Below are positions 41,241 through 51,529 of a DNA stretch of 64,000 nt, piece after piece. The DNA comes from Octopus sinensis. Its lineage: Eukaryota. Each line of letters begins with the position of its first letter. Position 1 is the first letter of the stretch. The position numbers were made by a program, and so were the translations under genes. The DNA is taken from positions 58,218,001 through 58,282,000 of the forward strand of contig NC_043002.1 of the NCBI RefSeq assembly GCF_006345805.1, in the 5' to 3' direction. Under the pieces are notes generated by a model. That model was not told where the DNA came from, ran no database searches, and saw only the letters and a program-made list of their open reading frames with translations.

Positions 41241-41791
41241 GCCCTGATGCAGTACCAGGCAGTGGCTCTCATGGCTTCTGATCTTAACTGATTGGAAGTG
41301 TTATCATGTACATTGTTTTGTCTTGGTATAAAGATGGGCTACAGCAAATATTCTGCTCAATACCACAGATTTGCTTGTCAGTTGTTTGACCGTAACCAGT
41401 TGAGCATCTCCCTTAGTGGCTGACGATATGTGCATCTCTGATCACGAGCAGAAGTAGTGGGGGAGCATCATAGCCATATGTTGAGAGGGATTCTTTGGGG
41501 TTTGAATAGTTCACCTCTGGAAACATGGGTGGTTCTTTCATCATCCTTAAACAACCCTTATTCAGGGACCGTTTGAGCGGGATGGGCTACTCAACCTGAA
41601 GAAAATTCTAACTGGGCCCCATCTGCAAGGTCATGTGCTGTTTATCTTGATATGAGATCACCATGTCGCGCACATATGGTTGTGATGCATGTGCCTGGTG
41701 TACTTTATCAGACGGGTAGTCATGATGGGTTATTGGGCTTCGTATATTTACCCCCAGTGTCACTTTGATGGCATGAACTGCTCTCTCACTC
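41239..41791. mobile_element. 553-bp non-coding interspersed element bounded by (TAA)n on both sides; candidate non-autonomous retroelement
   Basis: Complex sequence of roughly balanced base composition with sharp junctions ...AATAATAA|ATGCCCTGATGCAG and ...CTCTCTCACTC|AATAAATTAATAATAA. No convincing ORF. I recall this sequence as an abundant TAA-flanked Octopus repeat; not searched. Confidence 0.6.
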
Positions 41792-42150
41792 AATAAATTA
41801 ATAATAATAAATATAATAATAATAATAATAATATAATAAAATAATAATAATAATAATAATATAATATAATAATAATAATAATAAGATTATTTGACAGGCA
41901 AGAAACTCTGGCATTGAAGACAGTCAGCCAGCCAACCACCAAGCCAGCCAACGAGACAGACAGACACTACTGTGATGGTGATAATGATAAAAAAACAAAA
42001 ATAACAATAATAAGATACTGCTGTGACTACACATAAAACAATATCATTGATTGATGATGGTGGTGATGGTGATGGTGATGATATAATGATGATGGTAATG
42101 GTGGTGATAATGATGATAGTGATGGTAATGGTGAAGATAATAACAATAAT

Positions 42151-45100
42151 AAGCCGACTACGGCTGCTATAATGGTACGATTATAATTGTAACGGCAATG
42201 ATGGCCGTCTCCCCCACGAGCCAATCAAAGCTAAAAAATGATAACATTATCGTAGCACCAAAATGTTTTTGGAAACTAAAAGGAAAACTAAATCAGTATA
42301 CCAAATCGCTTGTCCTAATGGTTAATCTGGAAGCGCGTCCCCCAGGGAAGAGCCAGCCTGGGATCGAAAAGTCATCAACTGGCACAAACTCTTCTCCGAA
42401 TACGGACATGGATGGTCACTTGAACGGGAAATCCCCCAACTCGAGCCCTCCAAGTTCACCACCAAAACCACCACAGAAGAAAAATGTAAGCGGAACAAAT
42501 GGACCCGAGAAGAGTATAAAGAAGTAATATATACGCTTATTACTATGCATTAGGTAGGCATCTCAAGAGAGACACACCGCAAACTCTTACAGTATATGGA
42601 GAACACGGAATCAAGACAGTAGGCCCTATATTTGGACGAGAACAAATTAGCAAATGTGAGGAGGGATATCTTTAGAAATAACAGACTCACAGACAGTGAA
42701 ATAAGTGCGATCAAGCACGCAACGGAAAATAAAGACATAAATATAAGACACAAAGGAATGAAGAATCAGATGAACAGTATAGCCCGCCACGAGGCTTAAT
42801 TGAAAGACTGCCATCTGACCAAAGTACGCAAAGGCCTGAAGATACAAGAAATTCTATGTACCTGTTAAGATACCGTGGAAAACGACGCAGGAAAACAACA
42901 GTAACAACAGTAACTGAAGATCTCGCATTTGCTGAAGAACACAGAGATGTCTATGGCAGAAATGAGGCAGAAATCCTGAATACGCTTGAAGTTGTAAGAC
43001 ATACAAGTATGAATGATAGAAACCGCTTCATAAACTCTCAAATACAAACCAAAAAATAAAAAACAAATCCAAATTGGCAACTATGTAACAAATGAAATAA
43101 TACGAGAATTAAAACCTGATTTTACTGAGTTAAATGAAATTATTTACGCTTCTGCTAGGGCAATTGAAACCAGCTGTATGCCCCGAAAAAACAAGAAAAC
43201 AAAACCTGGGAAGAAATCAAACCTGGAGAAGTAAAATTGAAAAAGAGATTGAATTTATGAGAGGGGAATATCAATATTAAATGAACTAATATGTGGAAAT
43301 GATGTAAATCCAGAAACGGAAGAAAGATGAAGAGAAAATTTGGATCCTCACCAAGAGAGAACTGATATCAATAAAGAACGCTGAAACAAAAAAGTCCAAG
43401 CAAAAGCCCAAAGAATACGAAGATTTGAGAGAGAAACAAGTTTTACAAGCAAAATAAGCTGTTCACATCCAATGCCAAAAAATTCTACAGAGAAATAGGG
43501 AAGGAGAAATTAACCGTTAAAGACCCCCCCTCCCATGGAGAAGTTCAAAACTTTGGGAAAGGATTTGGAGTGACAAGAAGACGTACAACATAAATGCAGA
43601 CTGGATTATACAAACTGAAGGATCCTACCAAAATTTACAACAACAAGCATGGGAAGACATCACAATAGCAGACCTAAGAAAGGCACTCACGAAGGCCCAT
43701 AATTGGAAATCCCCCGGTAAAGATAGGGCCGAATTTCTGGCTCGCATCGCTCCCGTGCGCCACACGGTAAGCTAGTTCAGCTGCTCAATGGAATTTTGAG
43801 AGACCCAAAGAAAACACCTGAATGGTTAGCAAGTGACATTACTTACCTACTCCCAAGAATAACGAACCAACCTTCCAAAAAACTATCGGCCTATAACCTG
43901 TCTATCCACACGTATAAAATCCTAACATCTATCCTGGAGAAAAACTATGCATTCATGGAGAAGAACGATATTTTCCCCATTGAACAAAAAGGGTGCCGCC
44001 GCCGAGACTCTTACGGATGCAAAGATCAACTGCTAATCAATCGTGTATCCTTGAGAACTGTCACAACAAAGCGCAGAAATCTCAGCACCGCATGGATTGA
44101 CTATAAAAGGCCTTCGACAGTATACCGCATCCACGGATCTTGAGATCGCTGGACATCTTTAAAATTTCCCCTGTGATTTCAAACTTCCTGAAGCACAATA
44201 TGTCGTTGTGGAATACGAATCTCCAATTATACCACTCTAATGGAGTGAGTACTTGCCTCAGAAAATATAAAACATCAACTGTGGAATTTTTCAAGGTGAC
44301 TCACTTTCACCTTTAATATTCTGCATAGCCCTAATACCCTTACAAGTGAATTATACAGAACAGGGGTATGGGATATAAAATTGCCAATAAAAAAATAAGC
44401 CATCTATTTTATATGGACGACTTAAACTTTATGGTAAAGACAATAATGAACTTGAAGGCCTATTGCGCACCGTGGAAAGCATTCAGCGATGACATCGGGA
44501 TGGAGTTTGGACTTGAGAAGAAGTGTGCCGAGGCCACTTTCCAGAAAGGGAAAGTGAAGACCACAAATTCAGTCGTGTTAGATGTTGACACAGTCATAAG
44601 AGAGCTGAGCAGAACAAACATACAAAATTTTAGGGATAAATGAAGGCTCTGGTATTCAGCATGCAAGCATGAAAGAGAAAATCAGGAAGGAATGTTATAG
44701 GAGAGTTCGTGCAGTCCTGAAAATCTGAACTAAATGCACGTAACAAGGTGTTAGCTATAAATTTCAGCTTCCAGTTTGTTACTTATAGCTACATGTTGTT
44801 GAACTGGAATATGAGTGAAGTAAAGAATATAGATAGAAAAATACGCAAGCTGCTGAGTTGTATAGGATGCACCACCCAGGAAGGCAGACGTAGATCGCCT
44901 TTACCTTCCCAGAGCCCAAGGAGGTCGAGGGCCTGATCCATTTGAACTAGCTTACACAAACAACCACAATGGACTGGCCAAATATCTCGAAATATCGAAT
45001 GACTGGATGCTAAAGCTCGTGGGTGAGAGATACGAGACACGAAAGAAGCTTCATTCTATCAAGGAAAGCCAAAATTTGCTATTGATCTCGCAGGATACCC

Positions 45101-46048
45101 ATACCAAACTGAACACTCGAGGGAAGTACGGCAACTATTGTGAGTTAAAGGTGAAGAAGTGATGAAATGATGGCAATGAAAAAAGCGCACGAGCAATTGG
45201 CTGATAGGTGGGAGGAGAAACTCTGCCACGGCAAATATGTGACCCGCAGCAAACAAGCTGATGTTGACCAGAAGCAAACCCATCAGTGGCTGCGGAGCTC
45301 AGGGGCTAAAAGCAGAGAGAGAAGGTTTCATCCTGGCTGCTCAAGACCAAAGCCTATTAACCCGGAACTACCAGGCCAATGTGATGAAAAATGGAGCAGA
45401 CCCAAAATGCCGATTCTGCAACGACATGATTGAAACAGTGGACCACCTAATCTCTGGATGTAAAGTCTTAGCACCAGTGGAGTATAAATTAAGACATGAC
45501 AGAGTTGGCCAATATCTCCACTGGCTAATAAGTCGGCATTACAATATCAAAACTGCCGACAAGTGGTATAATCCCCACCCTGAGGCTGTAACTGAAGGAG
45601 AAAATGTAAACCATTCTGTGGGACTTTCCAGTACATACAGACCGACCATCAAGGCCAATAAACCAGATATTGTTGTGAAATACCAAAACAATAAAGTTTG
45701 CTTATTGATCGACATGAGCATCCCCTTGATCATAACATCTCAGCGAAAGAGTTTGACAAGCTCAGAAAATATAAAGACCTACTCATTGAATTGAGAAAAT
45801 GTGGCATCTCAAGGCGGTTACAACACCAGTGATCGTAGGAGCACTAGGAATGATCAAGAAGGGAACCGAAAATTATATGAGAATGATCCCTGGCTTACCA
45901 TCCCTGCAAGAAGTGCAAAAGATTGTCTTTAACGGTACATCACACGTATTGAGAAGAGCATTGTCGATGTGAGAACTGTTGCTGCTCATGTATTTTAATA
46001 AAGACACTCGGCAAGAAATGGAGCAAATTGAAAGAAGAAAAAAAAAGT
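42151..46048 (+). mobile_element. Near full-length R4/Dong-like non-LTR retrotransposon, lineage A (~3.9 kb; Myb-like N-terminus, RT, CCHC finger, RLE); ORF broken by many 1-bp indels
   Basis: Myb-like KRNKWTREEYKEVIY and LDENKLANVRRDIFRNNRLTDSEI at ~42,490-42,710. RT motifs QKGC..SYGCKDQLLINR (~43,985), AWIDYK (~44,090), GIFQGDSLSPLIFCIAL (~44,285), HLFYMDDL (44,401). CRFCNDMIETVDHLISGC at ~45,408, KPDIVVK..LLIDMSIP at ~45,660, stop TGA at 45,970-45,972, then 3' UTR and (TAA)n. Confidence 0.93.
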
Positions 46049-46114
46049 ACTAATAATAATAATAATAATAAATAATAATAATAATAATAATATAATAATA
46101 ATAATAAGAAAAAA

Positions 46115-46206
<92 letters not shown>

Positions 46207-46220
46207 AAGAAGAAGAAGAA
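46049..46220. repeat. Compound microsatellite (TAA)n-(GAA)n
   Basis: Directly visible; repeated at 48,529-48,671. Confidence 0.95.
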
Positions 46221-46692
46221 CATGCCTCCTCATTGATATGACTGTGCCAATCGATATAAACGTATCTGTCAAGACCTACCAAAACTGAGGCAAATATAAA
46301 AATCTTGAAATAGAAATCAGCAAAATGTGGAACCTGAAGACTAAAACAATACCTGTGTCATAGGTTACCCTGGAAATGATAGCGAAGGGGCTGATTGCGA
46401 CCTTACTCAGATATCGGGAAAAACCAAAATGGCAGAAATTCCAAAGATAGTGCTCATGGGAACTGCTCATATCCTATGCAAAATACTTTCTATGTAATCT
46501 CAGGGTTTAAAACAAACATAATTTTCGTTTTTTTTGGGGGGGGCATTCACTAGTACAACAACAAAAAAATACGTGTATTGGCACACTAGGCATAACAACA
46601 ACATGAATTTCCAACCTGTTGTCTCTTGAGGTCTCTGGGTGAGACTGGAGCCAGCTTGTACAAATATAAAGCAAAAGTCAAACATAGAGTGT
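46221..46692 (+). mobile_element. R4/Dong-like lineage C, 5'-truncated 3' fragment (left copy)
   Basis: Reads, with frameshifts, CLLIDMTVPIDINVSVKTYQKL.KYKNLEIEISKMWNLKTKTIP...IVLMGTAHILCKILSM*, then 3' UTR ...GCAAAAGTCAAACATAGAGT and (TAA)n. Confidence 0.88.
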
Positions 46693-46694
46693 AA

Positions 46695-46730
<36 letters not shown>

Positions 46731-46785
46731 TAATAATAATAATAATAATAAAAATAATAATAATATAATAATAATAATAATAATA

Positions 46786-48428
46786 AATAAATGTTACGGC
46801 ATTAATAATAAATGTTACGGCAAAACGATCAGCCACCTTTTATATATGGATGACCTAAAACTATACGCTGCAAATGACAAACAGCTGGGAAACACTATTA
46901 AAGACAGTTCATGGATTTACCAAAGACATAGATATTAATTTGGATTAGAAAAATGCGCCAAAGTAACCATGAAAAGAGGAAAAACTAGTTAAGAGTAAAC
47001 AACATCACCACTAGATAAAACCAATGAAATAAAAGAATTAGACCAAAGCCACAACTTACAAATACTTAGGAATCCATGAACTAGATAAGACACAACACAC
47101 ACAAATGAAAGAGAAAATAAAAAAGAATATATATAGACGAGTTAGATCAATACTAAAAACAGCGCTCAATGCTAAAAACAAGATAATAGTATCACACTTT
47201 AGCTGTCCCAGTTATAAGTTACAGCTACAATATCCTTACTGGACACGAAATAAAGAACTGGCCAAAATAGATAGGAAAAACAAGAAACAACAAAAAATAA
47301 TGACAGGATCTAGGATGCATCACCCAAAATCTGACATGAAAGACTATATGTACAACGTATAGAAGGTGGTAGAGGCCTTATACAGCTGGAAAACTACTAT
47401 AAAATAACCACCATAGGACTGCAAAAATCTCTACTTCAGAAGGAAGGAAACTGATCCAGATAGCGGCAAAACACGAGCAAAACAAAAAACTGTTCTCAGT
47501 ATTTAAGGAAGCTGACAAATAAAACAAGAAACATACCACCTAATAAACATGAAGAAGAAGAAGAGAAAGAAGAAGAAGAAGAAGAAGAAGAAGAAGAAGA
47601 AGAAGAAGAAGAAGAAGAAGAAGAAAGAAGAAGAAGAAAGAAGCAGAAGAAGAAAAGAAGAAGAGAAGAGAAGAAGAACGAAGAGAAGAAGAAGAAGAAG
47701 AAGAAGAAACAACAAAAGCTATAAAACAATTAAATCCAAACTAAAAATAGAACAGCAACGAACCATGATAAAACGATGGCAAGAAAAGCCCCTTCATGGT
47801 AAATACAGGACTAAACTAAATGCAAAAGAAATAGACAAAGAAAAATCCCAGCAATGGTTGAGAAGCTCAGGACTCAAGCAGAAACAGAGGATTTTTTTTA
47901 ATTGCAGCACAAGACAAAGCCTCCCCACCAGAAATTACCAAAAACATGTAATGAAAAGAAATATTACAAGTAACTGCAGAATATGTGGAGATGGACAAGA
48001 AACAATAAATCATATTATCTCTAGCTGCTCAGTCCTGGCTAAGAAGGAATATATTCACAGACATGACAGAGTTGGAACCTACATACATTGGAGCTATGCC
48101 AACATTATGGAATAACAACAGAAAAAAGATGGTATAGCAACACCGGAAAGGTCATAGAAAACGAGAAAGCAACCCATACTCTGGGATATGCCGACACACA
48201 GATAGAGAAATAAGGCCAACAGACCAGATATAGTTGTCAGAGATCATGAAGAAAAAAAATGCTTTCTAATTGATGTATCAATACCGGCAGATGACAACGT
48301 GTCTCTAAAAGAAATAGAGAAACTCTCAAAATACAAAGACCTGGAAATAGAGGTAACTAGAATGTGGAATCTGAAAACAGAAAACAATTCCTATCATAGT
48401 AGGTGCATTAGGCATATAAAAAGATATT
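46786..48428 (+). mobile_element. R4/Dong-like lineage B, 5'-truncated in RT, with internal (GAA)n; cut off by the assembly gap
   Basis: CYGKTISHLLYMDDLKLYAANDKQL; RWQEKPLHGKY; QQWLRSSGLK; CRICGDGQETINHIISSC (CCHC finger); NRPDIVVRDHEEK..FLIDVSIP. Confidence 0.9.
47551..47708. repeat. (GAA)n microsatellite inside the lineage B coding region (second copy 49,969-50,108)
   Basis: About 50 GAA units between ...CCACCTAATAAACAT and ACAACAAAAGCTATA.... Confidence 0.95.
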
Positions 48429-48528
48429 NNNNNNNNNNNNNNNNNNNNNNNNNNNNNNNNNNNNNNNNNNNNNNNNNNNNNNNNNNNNNNNNNNNNNNNN
48501 NNNNNNNNNNNNNNNNNNNNNNNNNNNN
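48429..48528. other. Assembly gap, 100 N
   Basis: Run of exactly 100 n characters. Confidence 0.99.
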
Positions 48529-48671
48529 ATAATAATAATAATAATAATAATATAATAATAATAATAATAATATAATAATAAAGAAGAAGAAGAAGAAGAA
48601 GAAGAAGAAGAAGAAGAAGAAGAATAAGAAGAAGAAGAAGAAGAGAAGAAGAAGAAGAAGAAGAAGAAGAA

Positions 48672-49134
48672 CATGCCTCCTCATTGATATGACTGTGCCA
48701 ATCGATATAAACGTATCTGTCAAGACCTACCAAAAACTGAGCAAATATAAAAATCTTGAAATAGAAATCAGCAAAATGTGGACCTGAAGACTAAAACAAT
48801 ACCTGTTGTCATAGGTACCCTGGAAATGATAGCGAAAGGGGCTGATTGCGACCTTACTCAGATATCGGAAACACCAAAATGGCAGAAATTCAAAAGATAT
48901 TCTCATGGACTGCTCATATCCTATGCAAAATACTTTCTATGTAATCTCAGGGTTTAAAACAAACATAATTTTCGTTTTTTTGTGGGGGGCATTCACTAGT
49001 ACACACACAAAAAATACGTGTATATGGCACACTAGCATAACAACAACATGAATTTCCAACCTGTTGTCTCTTGAGGTCTCTGGGTGAGACTTGGAGCCAG
49101 CTTGTACAAATATAAAGCAAAAGTCAAACATAGA

Positions 49135-49136
<2 letters not shown>
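48672..49136 (+). mobile_element. R4/Dong-like lineage C 3' fragment (right copy, duplicate of 46,221-46,692)
   Basis: Same start CATGCCTCCTCATTGATATG after (GAA)n and same 3' end as the left copy. Confidence 0.88.
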
Positions 49137-49203
<67 letters not shown>

Positions 49204-49227
49204 TAATATAATAATAATATAATAATA

Positions 49228-51036
49228 AATAAATGTTACGGCATTAATAATAAATGTTACGGCAAAACGATCAGCCACCTTTTATATATGGATGACCTAA
49301 AACTATAACGCTGCAAATACAAACAGCTGGAAACACTATTAAAGACAGTTCATGGATTTACCAAAGAAATAGATATTAATTTGGATTAGAAAAATGCGCC
49401 AAAGTAACCATGAAAAGAGGAAAAACTAGTTAAGAGTACAACATCACACTAGATAAACCAATGAAATAAAGAATTAGACCAAAGCCAAACTTACAAAACT
49501 TAGGAATCCATGAACTAGATAAGACACAACACACACAAATGAAAGAGAAAATAAAAAAAGAATATTATAGACGAGTTAGATCAATACTAAAAACAGCGCT
49601 CAATGCTAAAAACAAGATAATAGGTATCACACTTTAGCTGTCCCAGTTATAAGTTACAGCTACAATATCCTTAACTGGACACGAAATGAACTGCCAAAAT
49701 AGATAGGAAAACAAGAAAAATAATGACAGGATCTAGGATGCATCACCCAAAATCTGACATAGAAAGACTATATGTACACCGTATAGAAGGTGGTAGAGGC
49801 CTTATACAGCTGGAAAACTACTATAATAACCACCATAGGACTGCAAAATCTACTCTTCAGAAGGAAGGAAACTGATCCAATAGCGCAAAACACGAGCAAA
49901 ACAAAACTGTTCTCAGTATTTAAGAAGCTGACAAATACAAACAAGAAATCATACCACCTAATAAACATGAAGAAGAAGAAGAAAAAGAAGAAGAAGAAGA
50001 AGAAGAAGAAGAAGAAGAAGAAAAAGAAGAAGAAGAAGAAGAAGAAGAAGAAGAAGAAGAAGAAAGGAAGAAGAGAAGAAGAAGAGAATATAAGAAGAAG
50101 AAGAAGAAACAACAAAAGCTATAAAACATTAAATCCAACTAAAAATAGAACAGCAACGAACATGATAAAACGATGGCAAGAAAGCCCCTTCATGGTAAAT
50201 ACAGGACTAAACTAAATGCAAAAGAAATAGACAAAGAAAAATCCCAGCAATGGTTGAGAAGCTCAGGACTCAAAGCAGAAACAGAGGATTTTTAATTGCA
50301 GCACAAGACCAAAGCCTCCCCACCAGAAATTACCAAAAACATGTAATGAAAAGAAATATTACAAGTAACTGCAGAATATGTGGAGATGGACAAGAAACAA
50401 AAATCATATTATCTCTAGCTGCTCAGTCCTGGCTAAGAAGGAATATATTCACAGACATGACAGAGTTGGAACCTACATACATTGGAAGCTATGCCAACAT
50501 TATGGAATAACAACAGAAAAAAGATGGTATAGGCACACACCAGAAAAGGTCATAGAAAACGAGAAAGCAACCATACTCTGGGATATGCCGATACACACAG
50601 ATAGAGAAATTAAGGCCAACAGACCAGATATAGTTGTCAGAGATCATGAAGAAAAAAATGCTTTCTAATTGATGTATCAATACCGGCATGATGACAACGT
50701 GTCTCTAAAAGAAATAGAGAAACTCTCAAAATACAAAGACCTGGAATAGAGGTAACTAGAATGGGAATCTGAAAACAGAAACAATTCCTATCATAGTAGG
50801 TGCATTAGGCATGATAAAAAGATATTCAGACAAATACATAACAAAAACACCAGGACTTACAAACACATATAACATACAGAAAATTGCACTACTAGGCACT
50901 GCACACATCCTACGCAGAACACTTTCCATACAATAACCATCAGAGCATCACAACAAATCACAGCACATACCCAAGGCACACAGAGCTGCGCTCGGTAGTG
51001 AAGTGAAAGCACGCTATAAAAATAAAAACTACTACT
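49228..51036 (+). mobile_element. R4/Dong-like lineage B, 5'-truncated, complete 3' end
   Basis: Same 5' junction as 46,786. RT tail, CRICGDGQET, RPDIVVRD, then ALLGTAHILRRTLSIQ* (stop ~50,936), 3' UTR ...GCACGCTATAAAAATAAAAACTACTACTG and (TAA)n-like tail. Confidence 0.9.
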
Positions 51037-51084
51037 GAATAATAATATAATAATAATCATAATGATAATAATAATAATATAATG

Positions 51085-51114
<30 letters not shown>

Positions 51115-51116
<2 letters not shown>

Positions 51117-51345
51117 GATGAAATACAAAATTTGAATAATTTTATCGATGAATTGAGCGAACATCTGCAAGAAACGCAAGAACATTAGAATTGAAAAGTA
51201 AACTACTGCTACAAAAAAGGGTAAAAACACATTTGAAAAGAAATAGTAACTACTTTATAATTTGTATAAAGTTTACAATTTTCTGGTCTGTATATATATA
51301 TATCCTGTCAATATTCTCCAGAAAGATCAATCCTTTTTAGGTATA
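51115..51345 (+). repeat. Dispersed repeat 'X', copy 3
   Basis: See 37,513-37,680 (reverse complement) and 39,686-40,195. Confidence 0.8.
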
Positions 51346-51529
51346 AGTTGTTAATGTTTATATGTAAATATTTCTTTTCAGTTGCCTGGTTTCTCAAAAA
51401 TTGAGATATATAATATCAATTTTTGATGTAACAATGTAAATATTTTTTTTCAGTTGCCTGGTTTCTCATTTACATGGTTACATAAAAAATTGATAATATA
51501 TATATATATATATATAATATTATTATTAT

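Noticed and set aside
41241-41300. CTGATG near the start of the 553-bp element as a hammerhead core
   Set aside because: It reads CTGATGC rather than CTGANGA, with no stem II or GAAA partner nearby.
42198-42527. 109-aa Pro/Ser-rich ORF as a separate gene or ORF1
   Set aside because: It is a frameshifted piece of the R4/Dong leader and N-terminus. The Myb-like motif lies in another frame overlapping its end.
45940-50215. Poly-L/S/F/K/Y ORFs in the track
   Set aside because: They are translations of (TAA)n and (GAA)n microsatellites.
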